A DNA stretch of 64,000 nucleotides from Scenedesmus sp. PABB004. Lineage: Eukaryota. The stretch covers positions 248,001-312,000 of the forward strand of contig JABVCE010000019.1 of assembly GCA_014905635.1 (NCBI GenBank). The letters run 5' to 3'. The notes below the pieces were generated by a model. It searched no databases, had not been told where the DNA came from, and saw only the letters and a program-made list of their open reading frames with translations. A program made the position numbers and the translations under genes. Of the stretch, positions 21,021 to 33,725 are shown in pieces (positions within the stretch are counted from its first letter, which is position 1; every line of letters begins with the position of its first letter).

Positions 21021-24000
21021 ACTCGCCCGCGTAGCCGCGCGGCGCCGACGGCGCGTCGCGCACGCCCGCGACCTGGCCCTTGCGCCGCACCACCGCGTCG
21101 GCGTACTTGATGCGGTGCTTCTTGCGGGGGTTCTTCAGGTCCTTGCGCCTGGCGGTTGAAGGGGGTGTTATTGTTGGGTTGTTGTTAGATTGGGGCGTTA
21201 CGTCAGTTGGGAGCGGCGGCGGCGACGGAGGGGTGAGGAGGGGTGCGCCCGGGCGCAGGGTGTTGGCTGGTTGATTGACCCCGCGGCGACGGGGGCGCGC
21301 GGCGCGGTCGATTTGCCAGCCGCGTGCGCTGTGCATCACGGGCGCCGCGCGGGCCAGCCGACGGGCGCGCGGCTGGCGGCGCGGCACGTGATGGTGTGCG
21401 TGCGTGGCGTGCGGCGGCTCGGCGCGCCACGCGTGCACAAGTTCAGCTTCACAACACAAACAAACAAAGAGTCAAACAAACAGACCAACCAACAACATAA
21501 CAAACTAACACAAATGTGCGCGCGCCCACCTGTGGGGCGTGAGGCCGCGGTTCTTCTCGATCTCGTACGTGATCTTGCGCTGCCCAGACGCCGCGGGGTC
21601 GGCCAGCGGCGGCGCGAGCCCCGGCGCGGCGTGCTTCGCGCGCTTGGCCGCCTTGGCCGCCGCGCGCGCCGCCTTGGCCTGCACGGGCGCGGCGTGGCGC
21701 AGCGTTGGCGCGGGTGAGCGGGCGCTGCGACGGTCGCGCCGCCGGCGGCGGCGGCGGGGAATAACTGCGCCGTCCGCGTGCGGCCGGCTGCCCCAGCGCG
21801 CACCTCTGCATACGTCTCGTCCTCCTCGCCCGCCGGCGCGGCGCGCTTGCGCCCGCCGCCGCCGCCGCCGCCGCCGTCGTCGTCGTCGTCGAAGCCGCCG
21901 CCGGCGGCCGCGGCGCGGCGCGCGGCGGTCGCGTCAAACGCGGCGCGGCGCTCGCTGATGGGCTTGCGGGGGATAAGGTCGGCGTCGCCCGAGCGCAGGC
22001 CCTGCGCGCGGCGGCAAGCCGCGACGCGCGGTCGGCGGGCGCGGGCGGTGCGTGCGCGGCCTGCCAGCCGCCGGGCACAGCGCGCGCGGCGCAAGACTGC
22101 CGCCGCCGCCGCCGCCGCGTCACGGCCGCGCACCTTGTCCAGCGACGCGAGGTCGGCGCCAAACTGCTGCCCCGCGCGCTGCTTGCCGAGCAGCGCGCCG
22201 AGGCCGCCGCCGCCGCCGCCGCTCGCCGCGACGAGGTCAGCGACGTCATCGGCAAAGTCGGTCAGGCCCGCCGCGCCCGACAGCCCCGCCCTGCGCCGGC
22301 GCGCGGGGAGGTTGGTGCGTGTCAGCGCCGCAAGCACCGCGCCTCGCAGCAGCAAACAACAAAAACCAAACAACGCGCCGCCCGGCGCCCACGGGGCGTC
22401 CCCTCTTCAGAGACCATTGACCAAAGGCCACAGACCCGGCCCGCACCTGCGCTGCGCCTTGAGCTTGCGCGCCTCAGCCTTGCTGAGCGGCACGCGGAGC
22501 ATGAGCTCCTCCTCCTCCGCGGCGCGTGCCTCGAGCCGCTGCCGCGCGGCGACGGCGGCGGCCGAGTCGAAGCCCGGCTGCTCGTCGCGGACCTCGTCCG
22601 GCGCGCCGGCCAGCTCGGCGGCGAGCTCGCGCATCGCCGAGCTGGGGGACGGCGAGAGCGGGGCGGACGCGAGCGGCGCGGCGAGCGGACGCGCGGTGAG
22701 CAGACAGCGGCCGGCGCGGGGTGCGGCGGCGGGCAGGGCGCGCGGCGGCGCGGCACGCAGATGCGCGGCGCGGCGCGGCGCGCACCTGCGCTGCGCGCGG
22801 CGCTGCGCCTCGCGCAGGCGCCGCATCTCCTTGCCCGACAGGGCGCGGTCCTCCTCCATGGCGGTCGGGTTGAGCCGCGGCGGGCGGTACACGCCGACGC
22901 CGGCCTCTGCAGTGGCGCCGGGGCGGGGCGGCGGTGGCGCGCTCAGCGTCAGCGTCGGCGCGCAGGGCGGGTGCGAAGCACGCGCGCGCTGGGCTGATGG
23001 CGGGCCGCGGCGCGGCGCCCGCCCGCGCCCGCACCCGCCGCCGCGGCGTCGCCCGGGAGCGGGGCCTTGGGGATGAGCCGCCCGGGGCGCGGCCGGTGGC
23101 GCAGCGCGTCGTCGTCGCCGCCGCCCGCGGCGCCGGCGCCGGCGCCGGCGCCGTCGGCGTCGGCCGACGCCTGCGCCGCCGCGGTGGCGCGCAGGAGCTT
23201 GTCGATCTGGTACGCCAGCTGCTTGTCGATCGGCCGCACGCGCTCCAGGTACGCGCGCAGCTGCACCAGCCTGCGGGCGGCGCGTGCCGGGGGCGGCGCG
23301 GCGGCGCAGGGCGCGGGGCGCGGCGTGGGCGCGCGGAGCGCGGCGGGGGCGGGTGCCGCCGACGCGTACAGCATGAAGCCTCGTCATCCTCCGTCCCACC
23401 GTGCCTCCCCCCTGCCCCTTGCTGTCCCCCGCGTGGCGCCTCACCGGCCAATCACTGGGTGGTCCTGCACCGGCCGGCCCTCCGCCTGCGGGGCGCCGAC
23501 GCGCGGAGGCGACGCGCGGCAGGCAGCGGGGCGGCGTCGGAGACAGCGCCTCAGCGCGGCGCGCGCCGCGCCCTTGCTCCGCGCGCCAAGGGCAGTACAA
23601 GGGCGCCGCCACAGGCCCTGATTGCACAGTGTCATTGATTCAACAAACAACAGTTCAATCTGCAACAGTTAAAATCAACAACAGTAAATCAACACTGCAA
23701 TCACCTTGAGCATGAGGTAGGCCACGATGCACATCGCGTACTGCAGCAGCAGCAGGTGCTTCGCCTCCAGGTAGCTCAGCCCCGCCGCCGTCGCGAGCCC
23801 GCCGCCGCCGACCTCGCGCAGCAGCGGCCCGACGCGGCCGCGCACCTGGCGACAACGTGTGTGCGTTTGGGCGGGCGGGCGGGTGAGGGGGAGGTTGCAG
23901 CGGGTCGGGGTGCTGCTGCTGTGGCCGTGGCCGTGGCTGGTAATGGCCGTGGCTGACGCACACACAGCGCGCGCGCCGCACCTCTGCGAGGCAGGCCTTG

Positions 24001-25311
24001 AGCTCCTCCAGCAGCGAGAGCAGCTCCGGCGCGTCGGCCATGACCACCGCCAGCTGCTGCTCTGCGCGGCGGCGGCGGCCGCATGCAGCGGGGCGCGCGC
24101 AAGCGGCGGCCGCGGCGGCGGCGGCGCGTGAGCCGCGGCGGGCAGGCGGCTCGGCTGCAACAGGCAGCCCGGCTGCAACAGCGCGCCGCGCGCCGCGAAG
24201 CGCGTCCGCACGCACCCGCGGTGAGGGAGGCGAGGTCCTTCTCCACTGCCTCAACCGCCACGCCGCCGGGCTGCTGCTGCTGCTGCTGCTCCGCCGCGCC
24301 GCCGGCGCCGCGCCGCCGCGTGCCGGGCGCCGCGGCGCCCGGCAGCGCGTAGTCGTCGTCGGCCGCGCCCTCGAGCGCCTGCGCCTGCAGGCGCCGCACC
24401 TCCTCCTCCTCCGCCGCGGCCGCCTCCTCGTCCGAGCCCTGCGCACACGCGCCGCGGCGTCGGCACGCGCGCGCGCCGGCCGCCGCCGCTGCCCGGCCCG
24501 CCCGGAGCCTGAGCCCCCCTGACCACGCCGCACCTCGGCGTCACCGTCCTGGTAGTACGCCCGCTTGTTCGCGCCCCAGAGCCGCTCGCGCAACCCCGGC
24601 CCAGCCGGCGGCGCGTCGTCGTCGCCGTCGTCGCTACTCTCGCCCGCCTGCAGCCGCAGGCGCTGCTCCAGGAAGCGCGCCTGCTTGGCGACTGCGCGGC
24701 GCGGCGCGGCGCGCCGGCGCGGGCGGGCGTCGGCGGGCGGCCGGCGCCGCGGCCGCGCCGGCTGCCGAAGCCAGCTGCCGCAGGCGCGCGCTGCGTCGCA
24801 CGGTCACTCACGCTGCGCCGACTTGCCGCCCGCCGCGAGCGCCTGCTCCAGCAGCTCCTCATCGTCCTCCTCGCCCTCGCCGCTGCCGTCCTCGCCCTCG
24901 TCGTCGCTGCCGTCCTCGTCCTGCGGCCGCGGCGGCGGCGGCGCGTGAGGACGAGGAGGAGGAGCCGCGCGTGGGAGGCGCGCGGGCCGGCAGCGCCGCG
25001 CGGGCCTCCGCCGGCGCCGCCGGCGCCGGCGGGCCGCCGCTGCCGCCGCCGCCGCCGCGCCGGGCGCGCCTGCCCGCGGCGCGCGCGCTGGGCGCTGGGG
25101 AGCGCCCGCTGCGCCCGTCGCGGCGCACCTCGTCGTCGCTCAGGTCGTAGATGGCCTGCTCATCGAGGCCATCGCTCTCGGGCTCGCGGCCGGCCAGGGC
25201 GACGCGGTCCGCGCCCGCCGCGAAGTCGTCCGCGCCGGCCTCGGGCTCAGAGTCCGACTGCGCCAGCTCGTCCAGCTCCGACCGCGGCGGGGGCGCGCGG
25301 CGCTTGCCCAT
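20974..25311 (-). CDS. Sas10/Utp3 family U3 snoRNP (SSU processome) protein with neuroguidin/Lcp5-like central region
   Basis: Acidic N-terminus, WGANKRAYY, DAPELLSLLEEL, YLEAKHLLLLQY..LMLK, DHPVIGRL, RPIDKQLAYQIDKLL, and C-terminal [32 protein letters not shown]...GYAGESTGIK. Confidence 0.9.
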
Positions 25312-25854
25312 CGTGTGCTGCTGCCGCCACTGGCGGCCGCCCCGGCTGCCGGGCCGGCGGCCGAGCGAAGCGGCCGCGAGACCGCGACGGGCCCCGCCCG
25401 AGCGCGCACGCCGGCGCCCTGGCGCGGCTGGCGCGGCGCGGCGCGCTGCGCGGCGGCTGCGCTCGCTGCTGCGGGCGCTGCTGCGGCAGGGGCGCGCCGG
25501 CGCTGCGTCTCAAAGGACGGCGCGTGAGCGAGAGACTGTGCGGTGAGATGGGGGCGGCGCCATGGCGACGGCGCATGCTCCGGCGGGGCTCCGCTGTGCC
25601 GCCGCTGCGCCCTGCGCTGCCGCCGGCGGTCACGTCCGCTACGCGTGCGCCTGCGCCGGTGACACACTCCTGCCGCAACGCCCGTCGCGACGCCGGTGCA
25701 GCCAGCGGCCACGCCTGGAGGCGGCGGCGAGCAGCAGCGCGCTCGCCCTCTGCCCTCCAGCACAGGCGAGCGAGTTTTGCGCCCACGCCCGGCGCGTCCG
25801 ACGCGCCCAGGCGCCCTTCACATACCCACGGCACGGCGAGCGCGGCCGGTCGCG

Positions 25855-28800
25855 ATGTCCTGGCTCACGCCGAGCCACATCGAGGACGCAGCCCGCGTGC
25901 TGCGCGGCGTGGCGCTCGTCCTGGCGCGCGCCGCGGCGGACAGGTGCGCGGCGCGAGCAATTGACGTGCCAGCGCGCGCGCGCAGGGCGTGGCGGCGCGC
26001 GCGCCGGGCACCGCCGCTCGCTCTGTGGCTGCCGCTGCTCGGCGCCGCCCGCCGCCGCCCAGGCGCCCCCGCGCCCGCCGCCCGCGCCTCCACCCGCCCT
26101 GGCACGCCCCACAGCGCCAGGAGCCGCGCGGCGGTGAGCCAGGCGCACGCGGCGGTCAGCGCAGCGGCGGAGCTCGTCGCGGCGCAGGCGGCGCGCGCCG
26201 CGCAGCCGCCGCACGACGCCGACGCGCCGGCGGCGGGCGCGGCGGCCGCCGCCAGCAGCAGCACGCTGGCGCGGTACCTGTTCCCCGAGACGCTGCGCCT
26301 GGCAGCGGCGGCGGCGCAGGCGGCGCCGCACCGCGCCGGCGCGGCCGCGTGGCCCGGCGGCGCCTGGCAGGCGCCTGCGGTCGACGCGGCGGGGACGCCC
26401 GGCGGGGAAGCGCCGGCGCCGGCCAGCCCGCCGCCGAGCAGTCGCACGGCGCGCAGCCCGTGGCCGAGCCCCTGCAGCCGCAGGCGGCGCCGGCGCCCGA
26501 GCCAGAGCCCGCTTCATCGGCCGCGGCGGCGGCCGAGCAGCGGCGGCAGCAGGAGGAGCAGGAGCAGGAGGCGCGGCGGCTGGAGCAGGCGCGGCAGCAG
26601 GAGCAGCAGGCGCGGCAGCAGGAGCAGGCGCGGCAGCAAGAGCAGGAGCGGCTGGAGCAGCAGGAGCGGCAGCAGGCGCAGGCGCGGCAGCAGCTCGAGC
26701 AGCAGCAGAGACTGCAGGCGGCGGAGGAGCAGGCGCCGGAGAAGCGGGAGCACATAGAGACGTGGATGTCTGGCCATGAGAGCGTGACGACGGCAGCCGA
26801 GGCCAGCGCCGCGCCCGCCGCCGTCGCAGCGGCCGCACCCGGCGGCGCCGCCGCGCCGCCGGCGCAGCAGCAGGCGGCTGCCGAGCCCAAGCGCGTGCTG
26901 CGCGAGCGCCGGTGCGCGGGCGCGGCGTGGGGCCCGCGCGCGCCGGCACCCGCCGCGCCGCTGCGCGCCCGCCGCGGCTCACGCGCGCCGCGCCCTGCCT
27001 GCCCGCCCGCCCGCCCGCTCCCGCCCGAGCAGCGTGCCCTCCACGCAGCTCGGCCGCGCGTTTGGCTTTGCCCAGATGGGCGCGTCGCTGCTGCTCGGCT
27101 CGCTCGCTGACAGCATTGCGCGCCCCTTTGCCGGCGGCGGCGACGCGGGCAGCAGCACGGGCGGCGACGCGAGCGCCAGCGGCGGCACCGGCGGCGGCGG
27201 CAAGGGCCTGTATTCAAACATCATTACAGAGAGCAACGCGGAGCGCCTCGCCAACGCGCTGTGCCGCATGCGCGGCGCGGCGCTGAAGATTGGTCAGATG
27301 CTGTCCATACAGGACGAGAGCGTGGTGCCGCCGCAGGTGTGCGCGTGTGCGGGTGTGGGGCCCGTGGGCGGGGCCTCGACCTGAGCGCGTGGGTGTGGGT
27401 GGGCGTAGGGCGTGGGTGGGCGCTGCGAGCAGCGTCCGTGCTCACGCGCGCGCGCCGCCGCCGCCGCCGCCGCGTGCGCTGCGTGCGCCGCGTGCGCCGC
27501 CGCAGATCCAGGCCGCGCTGGAGCGCGTGCGCGCGGGCGCCGACGTGATGCCGCGCGCGCAGCTCGAGGCGCAGCTTGTGGCAGAGCTCGGCCCCGACTG
27601 GCGGGCGCGGCTGGCCGACTTTGAGGACGCGCCGCGCGCCGCCGCGAGTATCGGGCAGGTTCACGCCGCGACGCTGCACGACGGGCGGCGCGTCGCGATG
27701 AAGGTCCAATACCCAGGTGGGCGTTGGACCCTCGCCGGCGCGGGGCTCAGGGTTTTGGGGGGGGCGGGCGTCGCTCGCGGCGGCGCGCCCGGGCTGTCCC
27801 TGCTCCTGCGCACGCGGAAACGCAGCCCCGCCGCTGAGCCCCCCCTCTCCTCCCTCCCATCCACCTGCCCACCCGCCGCCCACGCCCCCCCTCCCCCCCC
27901 CCCCCCGCCCGCTCAGGCGTCGCGCGGAGCATCGAGAGCGACGTCGACAACCTCATGCGCCTCGTGAGCCTCGCCAACGTGCTGCCGCGGGGAATGTATG
28001 TCGAGAACGCGGTCAAGGTGCGGCGGCGGCGGCGGGTGCTCGGCGCGCTTGGGGTTAAGGGTTTTTGACACACACACTCGAACCGCTGTGAGAGGCGTCT
28101 CACAGCATTCCCTGCTCAAACGAACAGTTGGACGGACGATTTGGCGCCGACACCCCCCCCCCCAACACACACACACACACCACACGCCCAATGCGCTGCA
28201 CCCCGCCGCCCCGCCTCGCCCGCGCGCGCAGGTGGCCAAGCGCGAGCTCGCGCTCGAGTGCAACTACGCGTACGAGGCCGCCGCGCAGGAGCGCTTCAGG
28301 GGGCTCGTCGCCGCCGACCCGGAGCTCAGCCGGGTGCGGCGCGGCGCGGCGCGGCGCGGCGCGTCGCCGCGCAGCGGCGCCGGGGCTCGGCCCCGGGGCG
28401 CGCGGGGGAGGGGCATGCGGCGCGGCGCGCGCCGACGGAAACAGAGCCGCTGTGCCGCCGCGCCCCGCCGCGGCTGCCGCTGCTCCCTAAACCCTGCCGC
28501 TTGCCTGCGCCCCAGGCGTTCCACGTCCCGCGCGTCATCCCAGACCTCTCCAGCCGCCAGGTGCTCACGACCGAGTGGGTCAACGGCGTCACCATCGACA
28601 AGGTGCGCGGGGTTTAGGCGCCGCGCCTGCACCCTGGCCCGCCACCGCGCGGCACGCTAGGGCGAGGCTGCCCAGCTCCGCGCCGCGCGCCCGCCCCGCG
28701 CCCCACGCGCCCCGCAACCGGGCCCGGCGCCGGCGCCGCCGCCGCGCCGGCGCAGGTGGCAGAGCTGGGCCAGGACGTGCGCGACGCGGTCGGCACGCGG

Positions 28801-30164
28801 CTGCTGCGCCTGACGCTCAAAGAGCTCTACGAGTGGCGGTTCATGCAGGCGCGCGGCACGCGGGGTTTTGCGGCCCGGGCGCTCAGGGTTTAGGGCTCAG
28901 GGCTGTTTGGGGCTTGAGACTCGGGGCGCCCGCGCCCATCCACGCTCGCCCGAGCCCGCGCCCGTGCCTATCCACGCTCGCCGCGCCGCCGCAGACCGAC
29001 CCCAACTGGGGGAACTTCCTGTGGGACGGGCAGGCGGGCGTGTTGAACCTCATTGACTTTGGCGCCGCCAAGGAGTACCCCAAAGAGTGAGCGAGACGCG
29101 AGAGGCCAGGCAGCCGCCGCGCCAGGGGGCGCGCGCGCTCGTGACCGCCGGCGCGCCGGGGGCGGCCGGCCCCAGCGCACCGCGCGGCCCGCCCACCCTC
29201 CCACACTTTTTCGCTCACTCTTTCACACGTTGATCTCGCTCACTTCTCACTTGACCCCCGCCAGGTTTGTGGACAGCTACCTGACCATGGTCCACGCGTG
29301 CGCGGAGCGCGACCGCGACACCGTGGTCGACATGAGCGTGCGCCTCGGCTTCCTCACCGGTGCGTGCGCGCGGGGTTCAGGGCTCAGTAGGGCTGCAGGG
29401 CTCACAGGGCTGCGGGGCTCACAGGGCTCTGCCGAGTCGAGGGCCCCGCCGCAGGCCGCCGCGCACGCCGCCCGCGCCCGCGCCGCCGCGCCCGCCACAC
29501 CTGCGCCCGCCGCCGCGCGCGCCGCGATGCGCCTCCAGGCGACGAGAGCGCGGTGATGCTCGACGCCCACACCGAGGCGGGCTTTGTGGTCGGCCTGCCC
29601 TTCGCCACGCCCGGCCTGTGCGCGCCGCCGCGCGCGCTGGCGCGCCCCTGCCCCCCTGCTTGCACGCCCCTGGCCTGCCCCCCCCCCCCCCGAGCTGCCC
29701 GCGTCCACCCCGCTGCGCGCCGCGCCGCTCCGCGCCGCCCTGCCCGTGCAGGTACGACTTTGGCGGCCACAGCGGCATGACGCCGCGCGTGGCGGAGCTG
29801 GGGTCCATCATGCTCAAGCACCGCCTCACGCCGCCGCCGGAGGAGAGCTACAGCCTGCACCGGTGCGGCGGCGGCGGGGGCGCGGGCGCCCGCCTGCGCC
29901 GGCGCGGCGCCGCGCCGCCGCGCCTTGCAGGACGGCGCGCGCCTTGCAGGACGCTGAGCCGCCGCGCGCCGCGCCGCCGCGCCGGCTTGCAGGAAGCTGA
30001 GCGGCGCGTTCCTGGCGTGCATGAAGCTCCGGGCGCGCGTGCCGTGCCGGGACATCTTCATGGAGACGTGGACCGCGGCGCGGCGCGGCGACGGCGGCGC
30101 CGCCGCGGAGGGCGCGCCCGGCGACGAGGGCGCCGCGCCGGCGGCGGCCGCCGCGGCGGGCTGA
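25855..30164 (+). CDS. COQ8: ABC1/COQ8 atypical kinase, mitochondrial (frameshift ~26390-26425 in a low-complexity exon)
   Basis: [102 protein letters not shown]. Confidence 0.95.
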
Positions 30165-30373
30165 GCCGGCGGCGGCGCGGCGCGCGGGACCGCGGCGGGG
30201 CCTGGCGGCGCTGCACCGCCCGGCAACCGCTCGCGCGCCGCACACACGGCGCGCCCGGGCCCGCCGCCGCCAGTCCTGCCAGCCCGTGCAGCAGCCCGCG
30301 CAGCGTCTGGCCATGCGCTGAGGGCACGAGGAGCAACGCGAGGGGGGCGCGAGCAGGACGGGGGGCGACAGAC

Positions 30374-33300
30374 ATGAGCCTGCTGCTCGTGCTGGTGGCG
30401 CACGATGGCCGCACGCTGCAGCTGGACGTGGCGGGCTCCACGAGGTGCGCGGGCGCGTCTGCGCGCGGGGTCGCGACCCCGGGCTCTCCCGGGGCCGTGG
30501 GGCCTGCCTGGATGCCCGCGGAGCAGCCTGGGATGCCCGCGGAGCAGCCTGGGATGCCCGCGGAGCAGCCTGGGAGCGTGCGGGGCGCTGCCTGCGGTAC
30601 CGGCGCGTCCCAGGCAGCCAGCAGCGCGCAGGCGCAGCGCCACGGCTCCGGCCTCGCCATCGCGCGGCATGGCGCCCCGCCCTGGCGCGCTGGGGGCCCG
30701 TCCGGTCAGGAGGACCGCGTGGGCGGCGAGCTTTTGCGCCCCTCTACGCGCATCGCAGCGCCGGCGAGCTCGTTGGGGCCGCCTGGGGCGCTGTTTTCGA
30801 GCAGCGGCGGGTGGCCGCGCACCCGCCGCGCCGCCGCCGCCCAATCCCGCGCCCCGGACGCCGCGCCGCAGGGTGGAGACGGTGCAGGCCGCGCTGGTGA
30901 CGGCCACGGGCATCGCCCTGGCCGACCAGATCGTCATGTGCGCCGGCGCGCGGCTCGACCCGTCGAAGCAGCTGGCGGCGTACAAGCTGCCCGTGGTGCG
31001 GCCCGCGGCCGCGGGCGCGGCCGGGCGCGCAGAGGGGACAGCGCTGCCGTGCGCACGCTCGAGCTGCCACATCAAGCTGCCGTCCTCCTGCGCCTCACGC
31101 TGCCGCCCGCCCGCGCGCTGGCCTGCCGCTGCCGCCGCCGCCGCGCACGCTGCGCAGGCCGACCCCGCGGCCGCGGAGGACCTGCCTGTGTTTTTATACC
31201 ACAAGGCCTTCCTGCGCCCCGGCGCGGAGCCGCCGCCGGCCGAGCCGCTGCCGCTGCAGGACGTCGAGGGTGCGCGCGCGGCACGACGCTGTTCCCCCCT
31301 CACACGCACTCGCGCAGCCGCTCACCAGCTCGCCGCCGGCACCGCACGCCGCCCGCCGCGCGCGCAGTGCCCGGCCTGGCCACGGTCGGCCTGCGCCACC
31401 CGCTCGCCGCGGCGCACAGCCCGCTCATCCGGGCGCTGCCGGACTATGAGGCCCAGTTCACGCAGCAGCTCGCCGAGGCGCGCGCGCACTGGGAGGCGAG
31501 CCAGGCGCGGCTGCACCGGTGCGTGACGGCCGCGCCGCCGCGCCGCCGCACGAGCGAGCAGCACGCCGCCGCGCCGCGCCGCGAGCCGCCGCGCCGCGCT
31601 GCGCTGGACTTTGCCGCGCCGCGCGCCGCCGCAGCTGCCGGCAGCTGATGAGTGAGCAGGAGGTGCAGGCGCGCGCGGCCGACGCGGCGCGGGCCAACGT
31701 GGAGAGCCACTACACCTACATCGCGGCCATGTATGGCGGCTTTGTGGACCGGTGCGCCGCCGGCACGGCGGCGAGGGGTTTGCGGCAGGGCCGGCGTCGC
31801 GCCCGCGGCGCGGGGGGAGGGAGCGCTGACCGGCTGAGCCGCCGCCCGCCGCGCCGCCGCGCGCGCGCAGGTACGTCGCGCAGCACCGGCACCACGCCGG
31901 GCTGCTGGCCCAGTTTGGCGCGCTCACCGCGGCGATGGCGAGCGTGGAGCTGCCGCCGCAGCTCGCGGCGCCGGGCTGGCGCGTGCTGGCCGACCTGCAG
32001 CCCAACCGGTCGCGCCTGGGCGAGTGGCACGAGAGCTGCAGCCGCAGCCACGAGCAGTTTGCCCAAAAGGCGCGGCGCGGGGCGCCCCGCCGGCGGGACG
32101 CCACGCACGGCGCGCGGCGGCGCTCGGCGCCCCGCCGGCCCGGGCCTTGCTCTGCGGGCGGGGCAGGGCGCCGCTGCCGGCCCAGCGCGCGCGCTGCGCC
32201 GCACGCCGGCGCAGGTGTCGGAGCTGGAGGGCGCGTTCCAGGCGCTGCGCTGCGAGGTAGAGGGCCTCTTCCTTCAGGCGCGCCGCCGCCGCCGCGCCAG
32301 CCGGCGGCCGCGCTGCGCGGTTTGATTTGTTTCTTTTGGGTTGTGCTGTCGTGCAGGCTGCCCGGCCAGCAGTCGGACAGGCGCTCGGGCGCGCCCGGCC
32401 GGCGCCTGGGCCCGCGGCGGTCCCGCCGCGCGGTCCCGGCCGCGGTCCCACCCGCCGCCCGCTGCCGTGTCGGCGCAGGCGCCGTCGGTCGACCTGGATG
32501 CGCTGGGGCAGGCGCTGCAGGAGAGCGAGGCGCTCATCGATGAGCAGGGCAGCATCGTGCAGGCACGCGCGGCGCCGCGCCGCGCCACGCCGCGCGGCCG
32601 GCCACGGGCGGTGTTTTGCTGCCTCCGCCGCGCAGCGCGCCGGCTGTCGGCGCCCGGGCGCTGAATGTGCGCGCCTCCCCGCCGCCGCGCGGCGCCGCCC
32701 CCGCGCCGGCCGCCTGCCCGGCCGCCAGGTGCTGGCAAAGGACCTCGCCACGGTGCGGCAGCTGGTGGAGGACGTCGTCGCGCAGCTGGGCGCGAGCGCC
32801 GGCGGCGCGAGCCTCGCGGGCGCGGCGGTGCACGACGCCGCGCGGCGGCGGGTGCGCGCCGGGGGGGGGGGGGCTGACTGCCGCGGCGCCGGGGGGGGGG
32901 GGCAGGCAGCACGCGGCGCGGCGCGGATGGTGCCGCCGCCGCCGCGCCCTCCCGCCACCCCGCCGCCCCCGCCGCGCGCCCGCCGCAGTCGACACGATGC
33001 ACGACCGTCACCTCGCCGCGCTGCTGCCGCGCGTGCGCGCGTGCGACGGCGCCGCGCGCGCGTTCCTGGCGCGCTGCGGCGCGAGCAAGGCGGCGATGAC
33101 GCGCGACGTGCTGCGCCAGCTGCAGGGCATCGCGGCGCAGCAGAGCCGCATACGAGACATGAAGCACCGCCTCGCGGTGTTTGGCGAGGTACTCGGCCGC
33201 CAGGCGGCCGCGCTCGGCGAGCTCCAGGCGGCGGCGCGGTGCGTGCGGGGCGCGGCCGCGCGCGCGCTGCGCCGCGGCCGCCGCCGCCGCCGCATGGGCC

Positions 33301-33692
33301 GCTGGCTGACCGCCCCGCCCGCGCCGCCGCCGCCGCCGCGCGCTCGCCCGCCCGGCGGCGCAGGCTGCCCGCGGCGTACCGCCTCGCGCTCGCCGAGTGC
33401 GCGCGGCGCGCGGCGTGGCAGGAGATGTTTGCCGCGCAGGCGGCGCGGCTCGCGGAGCACTGCGGCCGCATCACCGCCAAGGAGGCGGGCAAGCGCGAGG
33501 CGGTGCGGCGCCAGCTGGAGCGGCACCTCCCGTCCGAGCTGCTCGCGCGCGCGGGCCTGCTCGCGGAGCCGCCGCACTGCTCCGTGAGCGTGCCGCCGTG
33601 CGACGCGCTGCTGCTGCCGGTCACGCCCGCCGAGCTGGCGCGGCTGCCGGCGGTGATCCAGCAGGCCGCCGACGCGGCGGCGGCGGCGGAGC

Positions 33693-33725
<33 letters not shown>

